The notes under the pieces were generated by a model. It saw only the letters and a program-made list of their open reading frames with translations, was not told the DNA's origin and did no database searches. Both the position numbers and the translations under genes were made by a program. From an uncultured Veillonellaceae bacterium (GTDB lineage Bacteria; Bacillota; Negativicutes; JARBTT01), in the NCBI GenBank assembly GCA_963805085.1, contig CAWDTA010000002.1, positions 736,001 to 800,000 of the forward strand: 64,000 nucleotides of DNA. Direction: 5' to 3'. Positions within the stretch are counted from its first letter, which is position 1. Each line of letters opens with the position of its first letter. Shown here piece after piece: positions 20,409 to 31,305 of the stretch.

Positions 20409-21461
20409 ATGAGTTTAGTCAGTAAGCAAACCTTCGGGACAACCAAAGATGGCTCTCAGATTGAGCTTTACACCCTTACCAACAAAAATAATATGCAAGT
20501 CATAATCTCGACCTTTGGTGGCACTATTGTATCGATGAAAGTTCCCGATAAAGACGGCAAATTTATTGATGTCGTTTTAGGATATGACAAATTAGAAAGC
20601 TATGAATCACAGGACAAATACATCGGTGCTTTAATAGGGCGTCATGGCAATCGCATAAAAAAAGGTCATTTTACCTTAAATGGAAAAGAGTATCAGCTTT
20701 ATTGCAATGATGGCAATAACCATTTACATGGCGGTAAAATTGGCTTTGATAAAAAAGTATGGTCTGCTAAAGAGACCGATCAAGGTCTTGCATTGACTTA
20801 TATTAGTGCCAATGGCGAAGAAGGTTATCCTGGAACATTAACTGTGGAGGTACTCTATTCTTTAACTAGCGACAACACCTTGTATATCAATTACAAAGCG
20901 ATTTGTGATAAAGATACCGTTTGTAACCTCACAAACCATACATATTTTAACCTAGCAGGCTATGATAGCGGCACGATTCTAAATCAAAAAATTCAGATAT
21001 TTTCGAATTATTATACCGATGCTGATAAAGAATCCCTCCCAACGGGAAAAATTGTTTCAGTAGTAGGAACGCCACTTGACCTTCGCCAGCCAACAATCAT
21101 TGGTAATCATATTGATGATTCCTTCGAACAACTACAATTTGCTGGCGGTTACGACCACAATTGGGTCATCAATGACTATGATGGCACACTTAAAAAAGCT
21201 GCTTTTGCTTCTGATGATAGTACTGGCATTACACTCACAACCTCAACAACATTGCCAGGCATTCAATTTTACAGCGGCAATTATCTTGATGGTGCACCTG
21301 AAGGAAAAAATCATTCTCATATTTACAAGAGATGCGGCTTTTGTCTCGAAAGTCAATATTTCCCAAATGCTTTAGAACATCCTAACTTCGAGCAGCCGAT
21401 TATCAAAAAAGATAAGCTTTGGCATGCCTTAACAACCTACCAATTTGGTTTAAATAAATAA
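20409..21461 (+). CDS. galM: Aldose 1-epimerase (mutarotase)
   Basis: NHLHGG, NLTNHTYFNL, GYDHNW and FCLESQ motifs. Confidence 0.92.
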   Translation: MSLVSKQTFGTTKDGSQIELYTLTNKNNMQVIISTFGGTIVSMKVPDKDGKFIDVVLGYDKLESYESQDKYIGALIGRHGNRIKKGHFTLNGKEYQLYCNDGNNHLHGGKIGFDKKVWSAKETDQGLALTYISANGEEGYPGTLTVEVLYSLTSDNTLYINYKAICDKDTVCNLTNHTYFNLAGYDSGTILNQKIQIFSNYYTDADKESLPTGKIVSVVGTPLDLRQPTIIGNHIDDSFEQLQFAGGYDHNWVINDYDGTLKKAAFASDDSTGITLTTSTTLPGIQFYSGNYLDGAPEGKNHSHIYKRCGFCLESQYFPNALEHPNFEQPIIKKDKLWHALTTYQFGLNK

Positions 21462-21498
21462 AAATTAAAACTATGATATATAAAAGGAGTGTATAACT

Positions 21499-22989
21499 AT
21501 GACTATGACAAATATTCCACAAGTAAAATTCGGTATCATTTCTGTAAGCCGTGATTGTTTTATCATTACCTTATCAGAAAACAGAAGGAAATCAATTGTT
21601 GAAGCTTATACCAAAGAGCATGGTGATATCTATGAAACACAAACAACCGTAGAAAATGAGCAAGATATGCTGAAAGCCGTCCAAGAAGTTAAAGAGGCCG
21701 GCTGTAACTCGCTGATTGTCTTCCTTGGTAATTTTGGCCCTGAAACACCGGAAACCCTTATTGCTAAAAACTTTGACGGACCGGTTATGTATGTAGCTGC
21801 TGCTGAAGAATCTGGCAAAGACCTCATCAATGGTCGTGGCGATGCGTATTGCGGTGTTTTAAATTGTTCCTATAACCTCGGACTTCGTAAAATCAAAGCG
21901 TTTATTCCTGAATATCCGGTAGGAACAGCTGACGAAATTGCTACGATGATCCATGAATTCGCGCCAGTCGCTCGCACACTCATCGGTCTTTCCAGCCTCA
22001 AAATCATTGCCTTCGGACCTCGTCCGCAAGATTTTTTTGCTTGCAATGCACCGATTAAACCACTATATGATATCGGTGTCGAAATCCAGGAAAATTCAGA
22101 GCTTGATCTGCTTGTTTCCTACCGCGCCCACGCCAATGACCCTAGAATTAAAGACGTAACTGCTTCAATGGCTGAAGAACTTGGCCATGACGGCAATAAC
22201 TATCCTGATCTATTACCACGTATGGCACAATATGAACTTACGCTTCTCGACTGGATCGAAAAAAATAAAGGTGCTAGCAAATACGTTGCCTTGGCAAATA
22301 AATGCTGGCCAGCTTTCCCATCTGAATTTGGCTTTGAACCATGTTATGTCAACAGCCGTCTCGTTTCTCGCGGTATTCCTGTTGCTTGCGAAGTCGATAT
22401 CTATGGAGCGCTTAGTGAATATATTGGTATGTGCGTAAGCGAAGATACTGTAACACTACTTGATATTAACAATTCCGTACCAAAAGATCTTTTTGAAGAA
22501 AATATCAAGGGCAACTTTGACTATGAATTAAAAGATACTTTCATGGGCTTCCATTGCGGTAATACACCACTTTGTAAACTTGCCAAAGGTGCTGTAAAAT
22601 ACCAGTTGATTCAAAATAGATTGCTTGAAAATGGCGGTACTCCTGATATCACTAGAGGCACACTTGAAGGCGATATCGCTGCTGGACAAATTACCTTCTT
22701 CCGTCTTCAAAGCACCGCTGGCGCACAGCTTCGCTCTTATATCGCCCAAGGTGAAGTCCTTCCCGTAGCCACTCGTTCTTTCGGCGGGATTGGCATTTTT
22801 GCAATTCCTGAAATGGGACGCTTCTATCGTCATGTTCTAATCGAAAAACAATATCCGCATCATGGCGCTGTTGCTTTTGGTCATTATGGCAAAGCTTTAT
22901 TTTCAATCTTTCAATATTTAGGTATCAATGACATTGCCTTTAATCAACCAAAAACAATGCTCTACCCAACTGAAAATCCATTTGCATAA
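21499..22989 (+). CDS. L-fucose/L-arabinose isomerase superfamily protein, likely non-canonical xylose isomerase (XylA-II type)
   Basis: GNFGPE, RGDAYCG, CEVD, FHCGN and PHHGAV motifs; xylB/xynB context. Confidence 0.75.
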   Translation: MTMTNIPQVKFGIISVSRDCFIITLSENRRKSIVEAYTKEHGDIYETQTTVENEQDMLKAVQEVKEAGCNSLIVFLGNFGPETPETLIAKNFDGPVMYVAAAEESGKDLINGRGDAYCGVLNCSYNLGLRKIKAFIPEYPVGTADEIATMIHEFAPVARTLIGLSSLKIIAFGPRPQDFFACNAPIKPLYDIGVEIQENSELDLLVSYRAHANDPRIKDVTASMAEELGHDGNNYPDLLPRMAQYELTLLDWIEKNKGASKYVALANKCWPAFPSEFGFEPCYVNSRLVSRGIPVACEVDIYGALSEYIGMCVSEDTVTLLDINNSVPKDLFEENIKGNFDYELKDTFMGFHCGNTPLCKLAKGAVKYQLIQNRLLENGGTPDITRGTLEGDIAAGQITFFRLQSTAGAQLRSYIAQGEVLPVATRSFGGIGIFAIPEMGRFYRHVLIEKQYPHHGAVAFGHYGKALFSIFQYLGINDIAFNQPKTMLYPTENPFA

Positions 22990-23206
22990 TACAAAAATTC
23001 TATACGAGCTTGTTCAACATTCTCATCATGATATGCCTGAACAAGCTCTCTTTTTTAAGTGCAGAAAAAAGAAGATATTGTAGCTTAAGTTTACAATATC
23101 AAAGTCAATGAGTTTTTGATCGCGTCGACTAGTGAAAATTTTCAAAATGTTTTATTTAGCTTCCATGGAGTTCTTAATAAAAAATTTTAAGGAGCGAATA
23201 TATATT

Positions 23207-24625
23207 ATGGAATTAAAAGCACAAAGCGAATACAAATTAACTATGCAAGAAAAAATAGGATATTCTATGGGTGATTTAGCCTGTAACTTTATTTATACAA
23301 CAGTTTGTACCTATTTACTTTTTTTCTATACGAATGTCTATGGATTGGGAGCGGAAGTTGTAGCTACGATGTTTTTAGTCGTACGTGTAATGGATGCCAT
23401 TGTTGATCCCATTGTTGGAACTTTTGTCGATAAACATACTTATAAACATGGTAAATTTCGTCCCTATTTATTATATGGAGCAATTCCCTTTGCAATATTA
23501 GGTATCTTATGTTTTTCTACTCCTTTATTTGACGATAGTCTTAAAATTATTTACGCCTACGCCACTTATGTTGGGTTATCCTTGGTTTATACAACAATCA
23601 ATATCCCTTATGGAGCATTAACAGCAGCGATGACTCGTGATAATAAGGAAGTTGTAAGTTTAACATCTATTAGAATGCTTTGTGCTAATTTTGGGGGTTT
23701 ATTAGTTGCTTTTGGTGTACCGGTCCTTGTAACAATGATCTCAGGAAGTTATACCGGTGAAAATTCCCGATATGGCTGGCAAGTGACTATGGGAATTTAT
23801 AGTGTCATTGGCGCCTTGTTGTTATTATATTGTTTTTCGAAAACAAATGAACGTGTAAAACTAGATCCACAGAATGATGAAAATGTAAAATTTGTAGATG
23901 TCATTCATCAATTTCAGGTAAATAGACCCTTGGTGATATTGAGTTTATTTTTTATCATTATTTTTGGTATGTCGGCAGTCATGAATTCCATTGGTGCATA
24001 TTTTATTACCTATAATTGTGCAAGACCGGATTTGGTACAATGGTACGGATTATTAGGCAGTATACCAGCCTTTTTTTTACTGCCGCTGGTTCCTTTTTTT
24101 AATAAACTAATTGGAAAAATCAAATTATTAGTCGTTTCTCTATGTTTAGGCGTTTTTGGCGCATTATTGACATACATTGTTCCAGCAGATAATATTACAG
24201 CAATACTTATAGCTCGCTTTATAGCCTCCTGCGGGACCATTGTTGCTGGCGGCTTCATGTGGGCATTAATTCCTGAAACAATTGAATATGGCGAGTATAA
24301 AACAGGTAAACGATTGAGTGGTATGATTTACGCGATCATAGGCTTTTTCTTTAAATTTGGTTTGGCTCTTGGGGGAATAATTCCGGGATTTATGCTGGCA
24401 AAGTTTGGTTATGTTGCAAATCAGGTACAAACGCCAGAAGCCTTAGAAGGCATTTTATTAACGACCACAATTATTCCTATCGTTTTCCTCATTATTGCTA
24501 TCATCGATATCGCTTTTTATAATTTAGATGATAAAAAATATAAGGAAATTATTGAGGTACTTGAAAGTCGCAAACTCAGTGAAGCTGTCCATATAACTGA
24601 AACAAAAAATAGTGTGACTTTATAA
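23207..24625 (+). CDS. GPH-family (glycoside-pentoside-hexuronide) symporter, probably for xylosides
   Basis: DAIVDPIVG, GKFRPYLL, NIPYGAL and EYGEYKTGKR motifs; upstream of a GH43 gene. Confidence 0.88.
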   Translation: MELKAQSEYKLTMQEKIGYSMGDLACNFIYTTVCTYLLFFYTNVYGLGAEVVATMFLVVRVMDAIVDPIVGTFVDKHTYKHGKFRPYLLYGAIPFAILGILCFSTPLFDDSLKIIYAYATYVGLSLVYTTINIPYGALTAAMTRDNKEVVSLTSIRMLCANFGGLLVAFGVPVLVTMISGSYTGENSRYGWQVTMGIYSVIGALLLLYCFSKTNERVKLDPQNDENVKFVDVIHQFQVNRPLVILSLFFIIIFGMSAVMNSIGAYFITYNCARPDLVQWYGLLGSIPAFFLLPLVPFFNKLIGKIKLLVVSLCLGVFGALLTYIVPADNITAILIARFIASCGTIVAGGFMWALIPETIEYGEYKTGKRLSGMIYAIIGFFFKFGLALGGIIPGFMLAKFGYVANQVQTPEALEGILLTTTIIPIVFLIIAIIDIAFYNLDDKKYKEIIEVLESRKLSEAVHITETKNSVTL

Positions 24626-24653
24626 AAAAATATCATTAGGAGGCCTTTTTATT

Positions 24654-26282
24654 ATGTTAATTCAAAATCCTATATTAAAAGGTTTTAATCCAGATCCGAG
24701 CATTTGTCGTGTTGGTGATGATTATTATATAGCAACCTCAACATTTGAGTGGTTCCCAGGAGTTCAAATACATCATTCTAAAGATCTTGTAAATTGGCAT
24801 TTAATAACACATCCATTAAATGAACTTTTATACTTAGATATGAAGGGTAATCCAGATTCAGGCGGGATATGGGCACCAGATCTTAGTTATGCTGATCATA
24901 AGTTTTGGCTAATTTATACTGATGTTAAAGTTGTAGATGGAATTTGGAAAGATTGTCATAATTATCTTACAACTTGTGATACGATTGATGGTAAATGGAG
25001 TAACCCAATCCTATTAAATGGTTCAGGTTTTGATGCATCATTGTTTCATGATACCGATGGGAAAAAATATCTGATCAATATGTATTGGGATCAAAGAGTG
25101 TATCATCATAATTTCTATGGAATAGCATTACAAGAATATTCACCTAAAGACAAAAAGCTTATAGGAAAATCGCAGATTATTTATAAGGGAACGGATATCA
25201 AATATACAGAAGGACCACATCTATATCGTATTGATGATATGTATTATTTATTTACGGCTGAAGGAGGGACAACATACCAACATTCAGAAACGGTGGCACG
25301 ATCTAAATTTATCAATGGAGAATATGAAATTCAGCCATCCTATCCGCTCTTGACTGCTTGGAATACACCATATAATCGTTTACAAAAATGCGGGCACGCC
25401 TCTCTTGTTAAAACACAAAATGGCGAGTGGTATTTAGCACACTTAGTAGGAAGACCTTTGCCAACTGGCAATAACCCAATCCTCGAACGAGAGCAACATT
25501 GTTATTGTCCATTAGGTAGAGAAACAGCTTTGCAAAAAATTGAATGGATAGATGGATGGCCTAGTATCGTTGGAGGAAAACAAGGATCAATTACGGTGCA
25601 AGCACCAAATCTTCCAGAGAAAAAATGGGAGCCAACCTATCCGATAAAAGATGATTTTGACACTAATACACTTAATATTAACTTTCAATCTCTCCGCATC
25701 CCTCTAACAGAAGATATTGCCTCTCTGAAAGCCAGAAAAGGTTATTTACGACTTTATGGAAAAGAATCATTACTTTCAACATTTACGCAAGCATTTGTTG
25801 CTAGACGATGGCAAGCATTTTCCTTTGATGCTGCAACTAGCGTAGAATTTTCTCCAGAATCTTTTCAGCAAATGGCGGGATTAACCTGCTATTATAATAC
25901 AAAAAATTGGTCTAGTATCCATCTTACATGGAAAGAAAATATCGGGCGCGTTTTAGATATTGTTGCAGCAGATAATTTTGTATTTTCTATGCCTTTAGAA
26001 GATCAAGAGATTTCCGTCCCCGATGATGTGGTAACAGTTCATTTAAAAGTGGAAGTTCGCGTTGATAAGTACCAATATTTATACTCTTTTGATGGAAATA
26101 CCTATCATAAAATTCCTGTGATATTTAAATCATATCAATTATCAGATGATTATGTCAGCGGTGGGGGATTCTTCACAGGGGCATTCGTTGGCATGAATTG
26201 TATTGATATCAGTGGGACAAATAAACCGGCAGATTTTGATTACTTCTATTATAAAGAAATAGATGAAAACGAAAAAGTTTAA
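24654..26282 (+). CDS. xynB: GH43 beta-xylosidase
   Basis: NPILKGFNPDPSI, WAPD, EGPH, GRET and FTGAFVG motifs. Confidence 0.9.
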   Translation: MLIQNPILKGFNPDPSICRVGDDYYIATSTFEWFPGVQIHHSKDLVNWHLITHPLNELLYLDMKGNPDSGGIWAPDLSYADHKFWLIYTDVKVVDGIWKDCHNYLTTCDTIDGKWSNPILLNGSGFDASLFHDTDGKKYLINMYWDQRVYHHNFYGIALQEYSPKDKKLIGKSQIIYKGTDIKYTEGPHLYRIDDMYYLFTAEGGTTYQHSETVARSKFINGEYEIQPSYPLLTAWNTPYNRLQKCGHASLVKTQNGEWYLAHLVGRPLPTGNNPILEREQHCYCPLGRETALQKIEWIDGWPSIVGGKQGSITVQAPNLPEKKWEPTYPIKDDFDTNTLNINFQSLRIPLTEDIASLKARKGYLRLYGKESLLSTFTQAFVARRWQAFSFDAATSVEFSPESFQQMAGLTCYYNTKNWSSIHLTWKENIGRVLDIVAADNFVFSMPLEDQEISVPDDVVTVHLKVEVRVDKYQYLYSFDGNTYHKIPVIFKSYQLSDDYVSGGGFFTGAFVGMNCIDISGTNKPADFDYFYYKEIDENEKV

Positions 26283-26317
26283 ACTATTAAATTGCGCCTA
26301 TGCCGGGCCAACGAAAT

Positions 26318-26382
26318 AAAATAAAATGTACCCTATAAAGAACACACTTTTTGTGTCTTCTTTATAGGGTACATTCTATTTT
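26318..26382. repeat. Palindromic mini-element/terminator, related to 62800-62843
   Basis: aatgtaccctataaagaa...ttctttatagggtacatt; the outer arms are shared with the 62.8-kb hairpin. Confidence 0.55.
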
Positions 26383-26731
26383 ACAGCAATCACTATTAGC
26401 TAAGTAAAAAAGCCTCACTCCCCAGCAAACGAATTGCAAATATTTTTGGAGAAGCTGTAGCTATATGTATGATATATTTAAAATATTAAAATAACCGATT
26501 GCTCTTTTGGAAAAGCTACTTAAAGGGTAAGTTGGATTGAAAAATGAACATAACTACAAGAGCTTGTTTATAAAATCAATATCAAGTACAATGGATATAT
26601 TAGTTGTGAGCGGATAGTCTACTCTTTAAACACTTAGATGAGATTGACCACCTTTTGATAAATTGGTTAATTTATGGAACATATTATTACGGAGTATTGA
26701 TACACAAACTCAAATAATGGAGGTATTTTTA

Positions 26732-28405
26732 TTGGAAAAACAAAATAAGCTCGCCATTATTCCACTTGGTGGACTTGGTGAAATAGGTAAGAATATGACA
26801 GTTATTCGCTACGGGGATGACATCGTCGTACTTGACTGTGGTTTAGCATTCCCCGAAGATGACATGTTAGGTATTGACTTAGTGATACCGGACATAACCT
26901 ATCTTCTTGAAAACAAGGATAAGATACAGGCAGTCGTTATCACGCATGGTCACGAGGATCATATTGGATCATTATCCTATTTCTTAAAACAGATTAATGT
27001 TCCAGTATATGGTACCAGATTGTCGCTTGGAATAGCCGAATGTCGACTAAAAGAAAACAGTTTAGAAAATTATACATTAACTCCAATAAAGCCAGGAGAT
27101 GAACTGTCTTTCGGCAGTATTCAAGTAGGATTCATTCAAGGAAATCATTCTATTCCTGATTCTGTAGGAATATATTTTCGAACACCTGTAGGTATCATTG
27201 TCCATACTGGTGACTTTAAAGTTGATTTTACGCCAGTGGATGGCAAAGTAATAGATCTTCATAAATTTGCTGAACTAGGAAGTGAAGGTGTACTCGTCTT
27301 AATGTCAGACAGTACCAATGCTCCACGCCCCGGCGTTACTAAATCAGAACGTACGGTCGGCACGGCTCTAGACGAGGCCTTTAGCGGTGCGAAGGGTAGA
27401 ATCCTTTTGGCAACCTTTGCATCAAACGTCTTGCGCGTTCAACAGGCAATTAACTCTGCTTGTAAATATGGTCGAAAAGTTGCTATTATCGGACGTAGTA
27501 TGATAAATGTTATGAATATTGCCAGAGAACTTGAATACTTATTTGTTCCCGAAGGAGCATTAATTGACATTGATGAGATTAAAAACTATCCAGACAACCA
27601 GCTATTAATTTTGACAACTGGCAGTCAGGGGGAGCCTATGTCAGCCTTGACGCGGATGGCAATGAGCGAGCACCGGAAAGTTGATATTTGTCCAAGTGAT
27701 ACAATTATCATTTCTGCTACGCCAATACCTGGCAACGAAAAGTTAGTATCAAAAACAATTGATGCATTGTTACGTTTGGGTGCAAATGTTATCCATGAAC
27801 GTTCGGCAGGTATTCATGTTTCTGGTCACGCTAGCCAAGAAGAACTAAAATTAATGTTAACTTTAGTTCGACCTCAATATTTAATACCAGTACATGGAGA
27901 ACATCGAATGCTGGTCACTCATAGTAAACTTGCACAAGAACTAGGATTGCCGAAGGAGAATATTTTTGTTGGTGCAAATGGGCAGGTTTTTGAATTTTCG
28001 CAAGAGGCTGGTGAAGTAACCGGAAAGCTAGCTGGGAAAGTAACCGCAGGTAAAATTTTTGTCGATGGCTTGGGTGTTGGTGATGTCGGAAACATCGTTC
28101 TTCGCGACCGTCAACTGCTATCTAAGGATGGACTTATTATTGTGGTCGTCACCATGGATAAAGGATCAGGTCGTGTTGTAGCTGGACCAGATTTAGTTTC
28201 ACGTGGCTTTGTCTATGTACGTGAGGCTGGAGATTTAATGGACGAGGTCAAGCAAATTGTTATTCTTGCTCTTGATAAATGTGAGGCTAATCACATTACT
28301 GAGTGGGCTGCTATTAAATCTGATATTCGTAATGCGCTAGGTAGATTTATTTATGAAAAAACACATAGACGTCCAATCATACTCCCAATTATTATGGAAG
28401 TATAA
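26732..28405 (+). CDS. rnj: Ribonuclease J
   Basis: PLGGLGEIGKN, THGHEDHIG, HTGDFK, HVSGHA and PVHGE motifs; TTG start after ggagg. Confidence 0.93.
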   Translation: MEKQNKLAIIPLGGLGEIGKNMTVIRYGDDIVVLDCGLAFPEDDMLGIDLVIPDITYLLENKDKIQAVVITHGHEDHIGSLSYFLKQINVPVYGTRLSLGIAECRLKENSLENYTLTPIKPGDELSFGSIQVGFIQGNHSIPDSVGIYFRTPVGIIVHTGDFKVDFTPVDGKVIDLHKFAELGSEGVLVLMSDSTNAPRPGVTKSERTVGTALDEAFSGAKGRILLATFASNVLRVQQAINSACKYGRKVAIIGRSMINVMNIARELEYLFVPEGALIDIDEIKNYPDNQLLILTTGSQGEPMSALTRMAMSEHRKVDICPSDTIIISATPIPGNEKLVSKTIDALLRLGANVIHERSAGIHVSGHASQEELKLMLTLVRPQYLIPVHGEHRMLVTHSKLAQELGLPKENIFVGANGQVFEFSQEAGEVTGKLAGKVTAGKIFVDGLGVGDVGNIVLRDRQLLSKDGLIIVVVTMDKGSGRVVAGPDLVSRGFVYVREAGDLMDEVKQIVILALDKCEANHITEWAAIKSDIRNALGRFIYEKTHRRPIILPIIMEV

Positions 28406-28743
28406 CTAAAAAAACTTTAGCAAGTAAATAGACTATAGATAAATGTATATGGAGACTTATGGAGGAGCCTGTCCCCGACGGGCTTCTTTTATTTCCGCTG
28501 TGAAATGTTGCATTTCCTTTAATGCTATTGTCTATTATGATTTCTAGCCTATATATCTATTTAAAATATCTTCTCTAATTTTGGTATAATATACTTTTAA
28601 AATATGTAATCAAACCCACTGCATAATGAAAGAAAGTTTGAATAGAATTTGCTAAAAAACAATTTCTGTCCAAACTTTCTTTTAATTTTACAATCTATAT
28701 TATTCCGAAGCATAATAAGCGTTAAATTTTTATTGCTAATTTT

Positions 28744-28929
28744 TTATTCAAAGCGTTCTTTTAAATTTTTATAATAATTTTTTATACTCTTATCGCCTTC
28801 ATTGTCAAGGAATAAGCAGTAGGGTAAACTATCTGTAGTTTTGTGTTTTATTACACAAGCGCAACACTTGCCATTGTTTGGACAGGCCTTTTTCGGGCAA
28901 GCACATTCCTTTACATTTGCACAACTCAT
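28744..28929 (-). CDS. Small Cys-rich protein (DUF6485-like)
   Basis: CACP..CPNNGKCCACV..H....LPYC; RBS ggaggt. Confidence 0.65.
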   Translation of the reverse strand: MSCANVKECACPKKACPNNGKCCACVIKHKTTDSLPYCLFLDNEGDKSIKNYYKNLKERFE

Positions 28930-28963
28930 CTTTCTACCTCCACTATTTTACAAATTGCCTTTT

Positions 28964-29455
28964 TTATAATAATATACCGCTTAAAATATTAAATGTATAG
29001 CCACTAATGATGATCCCAATCGCAACAATCCAGACAAATATACCAAGTTGTTTTGGTTTCAATACATTGCTCAGCATGATCATAGATGGTAAGGACAGTG
29101 CTGTAATTGCCATCATCAATGCTAAGATTGTACCAGCTGGCACGCCTGCCAGATAAAGGGCTTCGGCTATCGGCAAAGCACCGAAGATATCTGCGTAAAT
29201 TGGGATCCCAACAGCGGTCGCAATCAATACCCCAAATGGATTATCGGGACCAAGGACTACTAGGATGGCTTCTTGCGGCACCCAATTATGAATAAAGACA
29301 CCGACGGCAACACCAATGAGTAGTCATGCTCTGGTGAAGCAAAAAAAAATCGGCATACTGGAACAAGAACAAAATGGTGTAACTGTCCCCAGCAATGCTG
29401 CTATGATATTACCACCAATTCCATCAAACTTTGCCAGAATCTTCTTCGTCACTTC
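28964..29455 (-). pseudogene. DUF318/ArsP-like permease, fragmented
   Basis: TPFCSCSS and IPIYAD...ALSLPSM motifs lie in different frames with the middle deleted. Confidence 0.75.
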
Positions 29456-29711
29456 TGGTGATAAGATCTGCTCGAAGGCAGCTGGTCTAATCTTATAAAA
29501 ATTCCATTTACCTGTAGGAACTACATCGATCAGTTCCGCCTCTAATAACATTTTCAGATGATAGGATAACTTACTTTGCAGCGTACAAATATGTTTTGTG
29601 AGTTCACAATCACACACTATCCATTTCATTGATTGTTCTTAGCAATCGAATCCTTAATGGATCTGACAAGGCTTTAAAAATCAATAATTCTTTCACTACA
29701 TCATTCATCAT
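29455..29711 (-). pseudogene. ArsR-family regulator, frameshifted and fused to the permease remnant
   Basis: FKALSDPLRIRLL and CEL...QSKLSYHLKML lie in different frames. Confidence 0.75.
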
Positions 29712-29741
29712 AACTGCTCCTGCATACAATATTCTCTATGC

Positions 29742-29826
29742 CTATTGTATCACAAATAAAAACTCTTTAATTAGCATGATTACTATTTTCATTCAAAAAC
29801 TGTTTAAATTTCACCTTTGTATTGGG
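29742..29826 (-). repeat. Relic copy of DtxR/MntR gene 3' end and downstream sequence
   Basis: Gap-free match to 33386-33470 (ctattgtatcacaaataaaaactctttaattag...). Confidence 0.85.
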
Positions 29827-30336
29827 ATAGAGGGAATTTAAAGGCACTTGGTAATATATTGGTTATTGTTGTAATTTTACCTAATTTGTATTATAATGAC
29901 ATTTGTGTCCAACAACACCAGTAGAATAGACAATTTTATATGCCAATGGCTAGTAAACTCTACGCTTATACGTCAATTTTTAGAATGATAATATTAATTT
30001 TACTGGTACGCTCACTACGAGTATAAAGGTCTAAAAACACGGGGTGATAAATGAAAATATTCTGTTACCTGGAAGGTTACGTTAATGACGTAATTGATTT
30101 CCCAGGTTAATTTTAAATCTATTTATATAGAAGCTCCTTTTATACAAAATTTTTCTTTCATATATTATATCAATTGAGGGGTTTCCATATGTATAGAAAC
30201 TTATTTTGGGTTTACTTATTCTTTATTCTTCAAAGCCTATAAATTTCTTCAGTTTGCAAAAGTTTGAGATATTAACTGTGAATGATTACTTTCTGAAATT
30301 AGTGGATAAAAATCGGACTTAAAAAAGGAGGACTCC

Positions 30337-31039
30337 ATGGACATTTTTCGTACAAAAAGATATGCCTATTGGTATTATTGGTTCCTTAGCGGTATCTACC
30401 TTGCTGTATACTGCAGTAGCTGCCGTAATGACAGGGGCAGTGCCATATCATCAATTAAATAACGCTGAGCCAGTAGCCTTTGTGTTACGCAGTCTTGGTT
30501 ATAATTTTGGATCAGCACTCGTTGGTACAGGTGCTATCTGTGGACGTCCTGCTGTCTTACTAGTAATGATGTATGCACAAACTAGGGTTTTATTTACAAT
30601 GTCTCGTGATGGGTTGATTCCAGCTGTAATTTGCAAAGTTCATCGTAAATACAGCACTCCTTATGTCATTACTATAATTGTCGGTGCTGTTATCGCACTG
30701 GTTAGTGGCTTTACTTCTATTGGAGTTGTTGCAGAAATGTGTAGTATAGGTACGCTATTTGCCTTTGTAATAGCAGTGATTGGTCTAGTTGTATTACGCA
30801 TTACAAAACCAGACATGGAGCGTCCATTTAGATGCCCCTCTGTCAAAATTGTTGCTACGCTGGCTATACTATTTTGCTTGTATATTATGTACAATTTATC
30901 ATTTGCAACATGGATACGTTTCATTGTCTGGAGTGTCATTGGTATGGCCATATACTATTGCTATGGCTATTCCCATAGCATCTTAAATAAAAGATTAAAC
31001 TCTATAAATATGTCACATTCATCACAAAAAAGCCTATAG
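30337..31039 (+). pseudogene. APC amino-acid permease with large internal deletion
   Basis: RBS and MDIFRTK start joined out of frame to the C-terminal half (MPIGIIGSL..., MSRDGLIP, RPFRCP). Confidence 0.75.
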
Positions 31040-31305
31040 TATAGAATTTTTCTAACTATTTAAATTTAGCAGACTAAAAAACACTTGTGAGCTACCCAAT
31101 ATAAGTATCCCCTAGCATTTTGAAAATAGACCGAGTACCATCTCAAATAAAGTGACAATAGATCTATGAATACAACATGGGGTACGTGACAGCTTCGCTG
31201 GTACGTACCCCTAACTAAGCAATTTTGTCACACTCTTTATAATCTAATAGTGTTAAGTAAGATTGCAAAAGTTATTTTAAAATCATTTTTAAAGGAGTTG
31301 TAATA

